Positions 7,842 to 16,707 of a stretch of 64,000 bases of DNA are shown here, piece after piece; the first letter of the stretch is position 1, and each line of letters opens with the position of its first letter. A model generated the notes under the pieces. The model was not told the origin of the DNA. It saw only the letters and a list, made by a program, of their open reading frames with translations, and ran no database searches. Source of the stretch: an uncultured Planctomycetaceae bacterium (lineage in GTDB: Bacteria > Planctomycetota > Planctomycetia > Planctomycetales > Planctomycetaceae); assembly GCA_963976765.1 (NCBI GenBank), contig CAXBME010000005.1:1-64000 (forward strand). Reading direction: 5' to 3'. The position numbers and the translations under genes were made by a program.

Positions 7842-9334
7842 CGGGTGCAGAAACCCAGCGAAGACACCGGGGAATTACCCTGGTGGCGGAACACCGCTTT
7901 GTGCAATTGCCGCTGGTCACGGCTCAGGATGTCCTGCCAGAACTACGGATTCTACAGACGTCCAGGTACCGGGATGTAAGCGGTCGCGCGGAGTCGGTAT
8001 CACAGGTGAATGCGGACGTCTGGTGTGCGGGGCGGGCGTTGATCGGGTTGGCACCGGCGGCGGTCGCACTCCTGCAGCGGCATGGCTACCAGGCTCACTA
8101 CCAGGACGAGACAGACCGGTCGCTGCCGGAGGCGGCGAAAGGTGCGGTGAGCAAGCGTGGGATTCGGGATTCCGCGTTGCTTTGCTTTGTCTCGGGTAAT
8201 GCACCATGTGGGCTGATTGAGTATCGGGACCGTGAGGTTGACCCTGCATGGATCGTGGCCCAGATCGCCCTCGAATGGCCGGATGCCGAGATCATCGTCA
8301 TCTCGGCGACAATTGCCAATGCAGAGCGACTGGCGGCCTGCCTGAAGCGGTATCTCACTGGTTCACAGGTGGGGATGGCAGTCTCAGACGCGAAGTCAGA
8401 TCGACGTCGCGTGACTGTCGTCACGCCCAGAGAGTCGATCCAGGCGGGAATGCTCCGTGCCGACTTCGTGATCGCCCTCGATGCTGTCGAAGCGGTGGGG
8501 CTTCGCCAACAGGAAGCTCTGTTGCAGCCGATGAAGGCGCGAACATTCGGGCTGATGAAGATCGGCCAACGTCTGTCGCGGTATGAGCGGGACATGATCA
8601 CGGCATCCTTTGGCTTCGAACGGCTGCGAATCCATCGTCATGGTGTCACCGCAAGGCCTGTGACGGTCGTCCAGATTGCCGTTCGCGGCGGCGAACGTGT
8701 GGCGAAGAATCTGAACGTGCCGTCGACAAAACAGCGAGCGATCACACAGCACGGTGTTCGCAACCGGCTGATCTGCAGCATCGCCAAGGCGGTCGAGAGT
8801 CAGAATGCTGAGAAACTACACAGCCTCGTGCCGTGGCAGGGCTGGAGCACGCTCGGACGGGCTCGGACAGTGATCCTTGTGGTGTCGGTCGACCATGCCA
8901 TCCAACTGGCGAAGCGTCTCCCACACTGGGCGGTGCTCGCTGGTCAACACGTCGGCCATTATGGCTGGTCCAACCTGGACGGACTCGTAACAGGGGAGTC
9001 GTTGCGGTCGGTGTGGCGTTCGAATCAGAACGTGATCGTGACATTCGAGGGGTTGCGGCGGGCTGAACTTCAGCGCGTTGGTGTTCTGATTCGTGCCGAT
9101 GGTCTGCCGGGGATTCCTGCACCGCTCGTCGAACATTATGTGAGCGGTAACACAAAGTCACGGCTCGTGGTTATTGATCTCGATGATCGGGATCATCACC
9201 CCCTACTTCGTCAATGGACACAAGATCGACGGGATGCAGCACTGGATGCTGGCTGGACGGTGATTCGGTCATCAGGGCAACCCTACACCGACGTGGACCG
9301 CTTTCTGGACTCCCGGAAGGAGGAGGCACGATGA
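7838..9334 (+). CDS. Degenerate superfamily-2 helicase-like protein (no Walker A or DExH)
   Basis: SF2 motif order is recognisable: GLIEYRDREVD at the motif I position, IIVISATIANAERL (Ia), VTVVTPRES (Ib), VIALDAVE (II), RTFGLM (III), RNRLI..VILVVSVDHAIQL (IV), VIVTFEGL (V), and a C-terminal VVIDLDD..LLRQWTQDRR..GWTV. GGAGG RBS. Confidence 0.65.
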   Translation: MTGAETQRRHRGITLVAEHRFVQLPLVTAQDVLPELRILQTSRYRDVSGRAESVSQVNADVWCAGRALIGLAPAAVALLQRHGYQAHYQDETDRSLPEAAKGAVSKRGIRDSALLCFVSGNAPCGLIEYRDREVDPAWIVAQIALEWPDAEIIVISATIANAERLAACLKRYLTGSQVGMAVSDAKSDRRRVTVVTPRESIQAGMLRADFVIALDAVEAVGLRQQEALLQPMKARTFGLMKIGQRLSRYERDMITASFGFERLRIHRHGVTARPVTVVQIAVRGGERVAKNLNVPSTKQRAITQHGVRNRLICSIAKAVESQNAEKLHSLVPWQGWSTLGRARTVILVVSVDHAIQLAKRLPHWAVLAGQHVGHYGWSNLDGLVTGESLRSVWRSNQNVIVTFEGLRRAELQRVGVLIRADGLPGIPAPLVEHYVSGNTKSRLVVIDLDDRDHHPLLRQWTQDRRDAALDAGWTVIRSSGQPYTDVDRFLDSRKEEAR

Positions 9335-10752
9335 GCTACGAGCGAAGCAACTTCGATTTCACTACGCTGGCCAGAGATGGTGGGCGGACCCCAGACAATT
9401 TCTACAGGCACGATTGCCATCCACTCGGCTGCCTGTATGAGGCCGAGTCTGGCTGCACGCCGGACTTCGACGCAATGACGGACCCGGAGCACCTGATGCG
9501 GGTGTTCGGGCTGCAGCAGGAGTTCGGTGAGAAGGCCGCAGGACCGGACGGCGTACATTATCGCGATCTAGGCCGGGCCGAGGTCGCCGCAGCGATGCGA
9601 GACCTCTCAAGGCGGCTGCGGGAAGCGACGTGGGAGGCTGGTCCGGCGAGGACGACGTCGATCGACAAGAAGTCCGGTAACGGGACCAGGCCGCTACGGC
9701 TGCGGAGCGTCTTTACGGCAGTGGTCAGCAAAGTGCTGCACGACACGATGCAGTCGTTCTGGGACAATCGGCTTCTCGACGGGTGCTGTGCGTACCGACC
9801 AGGGCGTGGACCGCATCGGATGCTCGCCGAGATGCTGTGGACCATGAAGACGACCGACTGCTGGGTGGTCGCTCAGGCGGACATCAAAGACGCCTTCGAG
9901 AATGTGGCTGTCGAGGAAGTCGTGCGGCTTCATCGGGAGCTGCTGGCGTGCGACAGGCTGGTCGGAGTGATTGAAACACTGCTGCGGACGGACATCGACG
10001 GACAGAGGGAACGCACCCGAGGGATCGACCAGGGAAGTGCGTATTCGGTCCACTGCCTGAACGCGCGGCTGCACGAAATACATGACGTACACATCAGGGA
10101 TGATGTTCCCGGTTGGTGGCGGTACTCAGACGATCTGACGTACCTCTGCGCAACCGTGTCCGAAGGCGAGGAGACGCTGCACTGCGTCCGGGAACTGTTC
10201 GGTCCAACAGAGTTTACTCTGAAGGATACGCAGCCGGACGGCGGTGTACCTGTCGGCGATCTGAAACGGGGTGATGCAGTGGACCTGCTTGGGTTCCGAA
10301 TCACTCTGCAGGACGATCGTCTACGGTTCGTACCTGGCCCCACTGCATGGGCCGGACTACGCAGTGGACTCCAGAAGGCTCACGAGTCCTCTGACCCACC
10401 CGAATCCGCACTTCAATGTGCACGGGGGTGGATCATGTCTTACGGGCCTGCCTTTGTGGGTGAAGCGAAGCGGTCGATTCTGCAGGAAGTCCAGTGTGTG
10501 ATGCGTGATCTCGGTTTCCGGGATTGCCTCTCTACTGGGGACTTGCTGGGACGGTCGAGCCAGGCATACCGTCACTGGAGGTCCTGTATTCGCAGGGCAA
10601 AGCCTTCAGCGTTGGGACTGTCCGGTCTGGCCGGTAATCGCTCCGCTCTAACCGGCAACGCTGATCAGGGCAAACGCCACGTTGCGTGCCCGACGTCGGA
10701 GTACGGGGGCGAAGGAACGCCCTCGCACTCTGGCTCTTTTTCGAATTCCTAA
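9331..10752 (+). CDS. Reverse transcriptase, group II intron-like, YSDD
   Basis: RT0 KAAGPDGV; RT1-2 IDKKSGNGTRPL; 2a AYRPGRGPH; RT3 ADIKDAFENV; RT4 GIDQGSAYS; RT5 RYSDDL; RT7 DLLGFRI; thumb RGWIMSYG. ATG 9331 has an AGGAGG RBS and overlaps the helicase-like stop. Confidence 0.93.
   Translation: MSYERSNFDFTTLARDGGRTPDNFYRHDCHPLGCLYEAESGCTPDFDAMTDPEHLMRVFGLQQEFGEKAAGPDGVHYRDLGRAEVAAAMRDLSRRLREATWEAGPARTTSIDKKSGNGTRPLRLRSVFTAVVSKVLHDTMQSFWDNRLLDGCCAYRPGRGPHRMLAEMLWTMKTTDCWVVAQADIKDAFENVAVEEVVRLHRELLACDRLVGVIETLLRTDIDGQRERTRGIDQGSAYSVHCLNARLHEIHDVHIRDDVPGWWRYSDDLTYLCATVSEGEETLHCVRELFGPTEFTLKDTQPDGGVPVGDLKRGDAVDLLGFRITLQDDRLRFVPGPTAWAGLRSGLQKAHESSDPPESALQCARGWIMSYGPAFVGEAKRSILQEVQCVMRDLGFRDCLSTGDLLGRSSQAYRHWRSCIRRAKPSALGLSGLAGNRSALTGNADQGKRHVACPTSEYGGEGTPSHSGSFSNS
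10695..10742 (+). terminator. Terminator-like hairpin overlapping the last RT codons
   Basis: GTCGGAGTACGGGGGCG-AAGGAA-CGCCCTCGCACTCTGGC followed by TCTTTTT. Confidence 0.5.
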
Positions 10753-10771
10753 TTCCAGTCGGGAGTCCACA

Positions 10772-11245
10772 GTGCACGATGATTCAACAAGTAGAGCTTT
10801 TGCGTTAGTCGACTTGGAGGAAAATGTCCCCACTAATGAAACTACTCCAAGCCGAAGACCTGCTCCACTGAAACCGTACGGAGTCATGCAGGAGCAATTG
10901 CGACGCTACGAGGAACTCAAGCTGAAAGAAGCAGAGCTCTGGGAACTGCGACGCGAGATAAAGCACTCGCTTGTAGCGGACTCGAATGACGTTGAGCCCG
11001 GGCCACTATCCGGCGAGCTGAAGTCGTTCGGGTATCGTAATCTGACGCATGCGTCGCTGAAGTATCTCGTAGGCGAGGTCGAAGCGGACAGGATTATCAA
11101 CTCAGTACCAAGGACACCAATACTTCACCTCTACGTCCGGCCCGCTGCGGATGTTTTCACACAGCCCGTCGCGCCTCGCCCGGCCGGGCACCCGCTAATA
11201 CATACGGGGAACACCCGTCCTTTCGCAATAACTTCTGACGACTGA
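10772..11245 (+). CDS. Small hypothetical protein (coiled coil plus VEPGPL motif) downstream of the RT
   Basis: GGGAG RBS before GTG 10772; QEQLRRYEELKLKEAELWELRREIK...VEPGPLSGEL. Confidence 0.65.
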   Translation: MHDDSTSRAFALVDLEENVPTNETTPSRRPAPLKPYGVMQEQLRRYEELKLKEAELWELRREIKHSLVADSNDVEPGPLSGELKSFGYRNLTHASLKYLVGEVEADRIINSVPRTPILHLYVRPAADVFTQPVAPRPAGHPLIHTGNTRPFAITSDD

Positions 11246-11304
11246 AGTGAATCGGAAAGTCAGGCGGAGGAAAATACTGGTCCCGAGTAAGGTAGAGCGG
11301 TCCG

Positions 11305-11586
11305 CAGGTACCTTCAGGTGCCTTCCAGAAAGTCGCTTCCGGCGGCGCGCGGCTGTCACGAAGCTGGCTGACGTGAGGACGCAGGGTTCGACCGCGTACA
11401 CACTGTGCTCGGAGTGGATAGCCGTAAGTCTTTGTCGGGGTAAGACATGCAACGAAGTCTGGGCTCAATCCTCGGCTTCACCAACCTGACAGGCTTGGTA
11501 CAGAGTCGGACCGAATCGTGCTCTGCATGCGCGCAGGAATCACATTCCGGCATTGAACAGCAAGACCTCTGGAGCTGCAGTTGCTG
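11305..11586 (+). ncRNA. Putative structured RNA, copy B (diverged direct repeat of 6784-7067)
   Basis: Shares CAGGTA, GCCTTCCAG, GAAGCTGGCT, GAGGAC, CGTAAG, TGGTACAG and TGGAG blocks with copy A at an offset of ~4520. Stems pair in both copies. Confidence 0.55.
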
Positions 11587-11669
11587 GCCGTCGCAACTCT
11601 GGGCTCAACGCCGGCGAATCCTGCGCGGACCAAGCGCATTCTTGCGGTGCGAGGACGCTGTGGAGTGCG

Positions 11670-14468
11670 TCAGGACGAAGCGGTGGCGAGCACTTCCGCC
11701 TCTTGGAGTTGGGGACTGATGGTCGACCAAAAGTCGTCAAGCGCGACAAACCAGCCAGACACTTCGTCCGTCTCATGTTCTCCGGCGAGCGCGTAGCAAT
11801 CCCGCATGTCTGCTGTGACGGCCTGGGTATCGATCGGCGGTGCATTCTTGTCGCTCAGTACTCGCGAGACGCAGTCCTTGGGTATCCACAGCCGTCCGTT
11901 CAGCCGGTCGATATGCAAGTTCATCGACGAGCCGGTCACAGGCACGGGCTCTGACGTCAATGAGAGATCGTCACTCTTGACGAACTTCTTCATCAGTTCC
12001 ATGAAATGCTCAATCGGACGCTGGCTCCCGGCAGGGGTGAGCAATGTCTCCGCCCTTTGGATGACCGTCGAGTTCACCGCGACTTTTTCCAGCCACTTGG
12101 CCATGTCCCTGAAAATGCGTCGAATTGACGGCTCGCCAGGATAGCTCGATGTCAACGGCGGGGATTGCTGCAGGACATGCCTGAGATACTGTGGCATCAG
12201 CTGCTGCGCGGCACTCACAACTTCGCGACGGATGTAGCGAACATGTTCTCGCGAATGGATGATATGCCATCGGCCCTGCGTCCCCAAAGACCGAACGGCA
12301 TTGCGATTGCCGTTGATGATGACGGAGTCAGTTCGCCGACTGCATACGGCGTCGATCTCGGCTTCCGACCAGGTTCTAATCGGCATGAGGGCAGGCAGAC
12401 TGTGCTTCTCGCAGACGTCGACGATGTCATCAGCGGTCATCTTTGTGCGTCGAGACTTGCCGGGGCATCGAAGACAGCCAAGAGCCTCAGCGGCCGCGAA
12501 CCCTGCGGTCGCCGAACTGCCTTCAATGACGACTGGGTGTCGCGTCGCAAATAACAGACTGCTCAGTAATTGTTCAGCGACGCACGCAGCCACTGCCCAC
12601 AGCAGGGCGACGTCGGCGGCACTCTCCGACAGAATCGGGATGGAGTCCTTATCCAGTTGGTCAGAAAACGGTCGCTCCCAATCGACAGCGGGGACAGACT
12701 GTCCGGTGTCGAAGATTGTCGCCCGATTGGTAGCCTCGCCGTGGAGTCCGAGCGAAAACTGAGGAAACGCAAAGCAGCAACTGTCATCGTGCCACCCGAC
12801 GCGATCTGTGCCACGTTCGCTGACCGGTTCACAGAACTGCAGAGCAATGTCCAATGAATCCCTGGCGATTCTTTGAATGAAAATCAGCGGTCGCTCTGAC
12901 TTACGGTCGGCGAGCAAAGTATCACGGACAACTGGCAGCAGCCCATGCTTGTGGACACGATCACTGTCCAGCACAAAGGGCGTCCTGATGTCGGTTCCGT
13001 GGACCTGCGCCCATCCGGAATAGTAGGTTCGACCGGCGTCTGTTCGGACGACACGTTCCACTCGAACCGTTCCGTTGCAGACTTCTTCTTCCGAGTCCTC
13101 AAAGCACCAGGTTCCCGCTGTCTCAATGATGGCACGATTGTTGATGAACGCCCGGCGGCGGCGAACCGCATGCTGATTGAGTCGGTCAATTCGCGACACC
13201 ACATCGAAGTCATCATGCCGCGAAATCCTCTCCTGCTCCCCTGGCGTCAACCTGAGCCCTGACAGCAGATTCTGCGCATCGAGGTCGTCCAGCGAGGTCA
13301 GCTCGTCGGCAAGGGCGTCCGGCCACGGGACGGCATCTTTGGCCAGCTCGTTGAGCACGATTTTCGACGGCATCCCTCCGGTTTGACGACGCATCTGGCT
13401 CGGAGTGATTGATCGTGGCGAGACAGCTCCATCCGCCGCCACGGCCTGTCGGAACAGTTGGTGATCCCGCTTCGGTCCCCAGAGAATCATCCGGCGAGTG
13501 GGAAGCTGGTCGAACACGTGCTCCGTGGAGAACCGTTCGTCGAGCACGCTGCCAACGATGGGCAATGGGTCCGATTTTTCCCGCAGGTGCCGGAGCTGCA
13601 GCCACAGTGCCACGAGCGGGTCAGCAATCACGAACAAGGCGTCACCAAAATCCTTATGCGGCTTTCCGATCAGATTCAGCAGTGAGGAAACTCCGGACTC
13701 GCGTTTGTCGCGACGGCTTCCACCAATGTTCAACGGCTTGAACAACACATCACCGTTCTCCTGATTGGCATCTCGCCCGATAATCAGCAGTGAGCAAACT
13801 CGGCCGGGCAAGTCGTAGTACGGCACAACAAGCACATCATCCCAGCCTTCGCCCTTAAAAAGTCGACGTGCCCCCGGACCTGGCCCGCGACGCTCTGAAG
13901 ACTTGCCGTTCCGATTGCTGCGATTCCGGACTTCGTACGAGCGTGGGTGAAACAGGTCTTCCACCTCGCGACAGCTCGCTCCCCACACCAGCTTCGCTCC
14001 TTGTTCCTGCCAACGCGGCTCACTCACGAACCGCTCGATCTTGAAGTGCCGTAACAGCGAGTGCAGACCGCCGTTTTTGTCTCTCGCAATGCGCTCAATG
14101 GAGTTGTTCTCGAATCTACTCAGCCGCACTCGCTGATCGATGATCTGGTCGAGATAGACATCAATGGCTTCCTCGCTGGTGTCGTGTGGCAGCACTTCCT
14201 CTTGCCGTAATCGCGCCACCGCTTCGACAACTTCGACTCTCCATACTGCGGCGGCAAACTCGATCGTGTCACCGGCGAACCTGCAACTATGGCAATACAG
14301 CCACTCACTGTTCAGCAGAAAGTCCCGGTAGACCCGCAGTTTCCCGTTCTTGCACAGTGGGCAGTCCACCAACGCAGGCAGACTGATTGCCTCATACGTG
14401 AGCCCCAGATGCGGCAGCAGTTGCGTCCAGGGTACGAGTCGCGACAGTGATTCTACGTTGTTCGACAT
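11670..14468 (-). CDS. Large primase-helicase-like protein (Zn finger, DnaG/TOPRIM-like, DUF927-like), catalytic residues degenerate
   Basis: CPLC...YCHSCRFAGDTIEF Zn-binding domain; VVPYYDLPGRVCSLLIIGR (DnaG core-like); LFVIADPLVAL and MILWGPKRD at the TOPRIM positions; RVGWHDD..FAFP; VIEGSSATAG where a P-loop is expected. Confidence 0.6.
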   Translation of the reverse strand: MSNNVESLSRLVPWTQLLPHLGLTYEAISLPALVDCPLCKNGKLRVYRDFLLNSEWLYCHSCRFAGDTIEFAAAVWRVEVVEAVARLRQEEVLPHDTSEEAIDVYLDQIIDQRVRLSRFENNSIERIARDKNGGLHSLLRHFKIERFVSEPRWQEQGAKLVWGASCREVEDLFHPRSYEVRNRSNRNGKSSERRGPGPGARRLFKGEGWDDVLVVPYYDLPGRVCSLLIIGRDANQENGDVLFKPLNIGGSRRDKRESGVSSLLNLIGKPHKDFGDALFVIADPLVALWLQLRHLREKSDPLPIVGSVLDERFSTEHVFDQLPTRRMILWGPKRDHQLFRQAVAADGAVSPRSITPSQMRRQTGGMPSKIVLNELAKDAVPWPDALADELTSLDDLDAQNLLSGLRLTPGEQERISRHDDFDVVSRIDRLNQHAVRRRRAFINNRAIIETAGTWCFEDSEEEVCNGTVRVERVVRTDAGRTYYSGWAQVHGTDIRTPFVLDSDRVHKHGLLPVVRDTLLADRKSERPLIFIQRIARDSLDIALQFCEPVSERGTDRVGWHDDSCCFAFPQFSLGLHGEATNRATIFDTGQSVPAVDWERPFSDQLDKDSIPILSESAADVALLWAVAACVAEQLLSSLLFATRHPVVIEGSSATAGFAAAEALGCLRCPGKSRRTKMTADDIVDVCEKHSLPALMPIRTWSEAEIDAVCSRRTDSVIINGNRNAVRSLGTQGRWHIIHSREHVRYIRREVVSAAQQLMPQYLRHVLQQSPPLTSSYPGEPSIRRIFRDMAKWLEKVAVNSTVIQRAETLLTPAGSQRPIEHFMELMKKFVKSDDLSLTSEPVPVTGSSMNLHIDRLNGRLWIPKDCVSRVLSDKNAPPIDTQAVTADMRDCYALAGEHETDEVSGWFVALDDFWSTISPQLQEAEVLATASS

Positions 14469-14575
14469 TTCTATCTCCGTACAGGTTGGCTCGTGTTATC
14501 CGTAACATAGTGCAATGATTAATGTGAGTCGACGATGGCTCCCGGAATTGGCACTCCGGCGGACTCGTAGTCACG

Positions 14576-15060
14576 ATGGAGTCAGCGACGTCGCTGGCAC
14601 GCGGCGATTTCGCCTTCTCCGAGTTCGAGCTCGTGGAGACCAGCCAGTACGTTTATGGGCTGTACTGCGAACGGTGCCGAGGCGCCGGGAACTCGTCTGA
14701 GAAGAAGCCGTCACGTCAGCGGTGTCCAGACGGGGACGGTCGACGACCGCGAGTCGACGATTGGAGGCGTTGAGCGTCCAGTCGACGTTGTCCCGCGATG
14801 ACGTAGTGTGGTGGCTGGACTCGGCACTGATTACGACAGGCATGACCGAGATGCTGCTGGAAGTCCGACTGCACGCCATCGCGCAGGGCCGCTACATGCT
14901 CGGAGAGTGCGTCGAGACGATCTATGTCGAGCACTTCCGGCCCGTATGGCTCGCAGCGCCATCGACCAAGCTGCCGCATCGGAACGTGAACCTGTTCGCA
15001 GACCTTAAAACGTGCTGTGGCGAGTCTCGCGCGGAAGCTGTGGCATGTTGCGGTACTTGA
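14576..15060 (+). pseudogene. Possibly frameshifted hypothetical gene
   Basis: Two overlapping protein-like ORFs, 14576-14773 and 14722-15060, in different frames. Confidence 0.25.
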
Positions 15061-15365
15061 AAGGGACGCATGGTCGGCGCCTCGCAGGAGGCCAAGAATG
15101 GGGTCGCTGTCGTGGCTGAGTCGTGTAAGGATTGTGGACTTGATGTCTGAACGTCTAACTCGACCAGTACGATTTGGGGTGTGGAACCTCGGAGTGTCAC
15201 AACTCGGATTGTACCACTCGGTGGCGGCAGCAGGGTTGTAAAATAATGTTTACATTCGGCAGTGCCCGTTCTTCGTCGGAAGTGAGATATCACTGAGGTT
15301 TTTTAGAGGTAACTCTGAATTCTCACGGTAACCATCACTCTGGATTCCATTATTTACCACCACAA

Positions 15366-15434
15366 CCCCCTCTCTCGAAGAGAAAGGGAGAGGGGGCGGG
15401 CTACAGGAGCCCCTCCTACTATCAAAGATAGTAG
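15366..15434. promoter_or_regulatory. Hairpin cluster, candidate replication/transfer origin
   Basis: CCCCCTCTCTC/GGGAGAGGGGG (15366-15396), GGGCT/AGCCC, and perfect CTACTATC-AAA-GATAGTAG (15416-15434), in an AT-richer intergenic stretch before a Rep-like gene. Confidence 0.45.
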
Positions 15435-15588
15435 ATAAGATAACGCCGTTAGATTATGCTGTTCATCCTTCTCGACCATCTACCGATTCACGATAAAACT
15501 TACCCATCTTTCGGAAGTCACTTACGGCACGTTCACAGCGAAGCCGTACGGACTAGGAATGTTGGCGACGCGTCAACAAAATGCATAA

Positions 15589-16707
15589 ATGAGTAGATTT
15601 GTTTACCGTGCTGCGGCAGTGCCGATGCGATACCCTGACCAAGTTCAGCAGGAATCCACGTTGTACGCACTGATGGGTTGGCCGAAGAAGCCTTCCAGCG
15701 CAGCCGAATTTACAATGGAGCTACGAAAGAAACAGGTCGCGTCGAAAGCTGGCGACTTATACGGAATGTGGCAGAACCGCGTCGCGGAGCTGGGCGATGC
15801 CGGTTGGTCCGTCGCTGCGAATACTTCTAAGGGGTTGCGGGACAGGGCGGGAGCCCAACGGTGTCGCCCGACTTTTTTTATTCCGAAAGGGGCGACTGGC
15901 TTCCACGCGAACCAGGCCCGCGGGCGTGAGTCCTTCCGGACCTGCAACCGTACGGCGGTTTGCCCCTTTTGTTACGCTCGCGGGGTGCGTGACCTATGGC
16001 AGCGAGTCGACTTTGCATTGTTCCATGCCCCCGAGGCGCTGGGCCGCCGAGAGACCGAAGCTGCCGTAATTCAGCAACAGATGGAAGATTCGGACGTTTC
16101 TGGCCAGAGCCAAGAGTTACTCCTTGGCACTGACCACGAGTCAGAAAACACAGAGGCCCAAGTTCTCACACAAAACCTGGGTGTGGACCTGGTGTGGTGG
16201 TGGGACCAGCGGCTAGTGGAACCGGACGACGCGAACAACAGCGAGTTGCAGCGACAGTTATTCGACCTCGTTCGAGTAGAATGGCCGGCGATGATGAACA
16301 TGAAAGCGCCGTCGCCGCTCAGCAAGATCACTGGAGGCCTGCAGAGTCTCTCGGTCGAACCGTACACGCGGGATGGGAAGCGGAAGTTCCTGCTGACAAT
16401 TCGCCGGCTGATGATCGCCCCGCGCGGTGGTGTGACCGCTAACACAAATGAGACGATTGCCAAATGCGTCAAGATGGAGATCAAGTTGCTGCGGCAGCCG
16501 ACTCGTAAGCTGGTGGTGAAAGAGTTTGCGAAGCTGATGCGATACCCGACCGGGTTGATGCGGAGCGATGTACCGCTGACCGTGGCTGCATTGCACGCAT
16601 CTAAGTACGAGAACTTTGCCGGACGTGTCTCTTCGTTGCGGCTGCTCAGCACCACGGGCAGCATCCTGGCAGCCAACAAAGAATTGCAGGTACGTGGGGC
16701 TAAATGA
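15589..16707 (+). CDS. Hypothetical protein with a Rep-like Cys motif
   Basis: RC...CNRTAVCPFCYAR resembles the CxxRxCPxCxxR Zn motif of rolling-circle Rep proteins. No HUH motif is visible. Confidence 0.55.
   Translation: MSRFVYRAAAVPMRYPDQVQQESTLYALMGWPKKPSSAAEFTMELRKKQVASKAGDLYGMWQNRVAELGDAGWSVAANTSKGLRDRAGAQRCRPTFFIPKGATGFHANQARGRESFRTCNRTAVCPFCYARGVRDLWQRVDFALFHAPEALGRRETEAAVIQQQMEDSDVSGQSQELLLGTDHESENTEAQVLTQNLGVDLVWWWDQRLVEPDDANNSELQRQLFDLVRVEWPAMMNMKAPSPLSKITGGLQSLSVEPYTRDGKRKFLLTIRRLMIAPRGGVTANTNETIAKCVKMEIKLLRQPTRKLVVKEFAKLMRYPTGLMRSDVPLTVAALHASKYENFAGRVSSLRLLSTTGSILAANKELQVRGAK

Noticed and set aside
7996..8003. GGTATCAC match to the arm-site motif
   Set aside because: A single 8-mer inside a coding region is expected by chance in 64 kb.
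9214..9330. Upstream RT start at 9214
   Set aside because: It overlaps the helicase-like ORF. ATG 9331 has an AGGAGG RBS and an ATGA coupling.
6800..11586. Repeat pair as a DGR template/variable repeat
   Set aside because: Mismatches involve all four bases rather than adenines of one copy, neither copy is at the 3' end of a target gene, and the RT lacks the DGR SQ signature.
10600..11670. Group II intron domains V/VI after the RT
   Set aside because: No GAGC/CGC-triad hairpin with a GNRA loop and AY bulge is visible. The nearby hairpins have the wrong geometry.
15124..15151. Fifth TGTAAGG promoter (TGTAAGGATTGTG...)
   Set aside because: The -10-like TGTCTG follows at 13 nt rather than 15 and no gene start is close.
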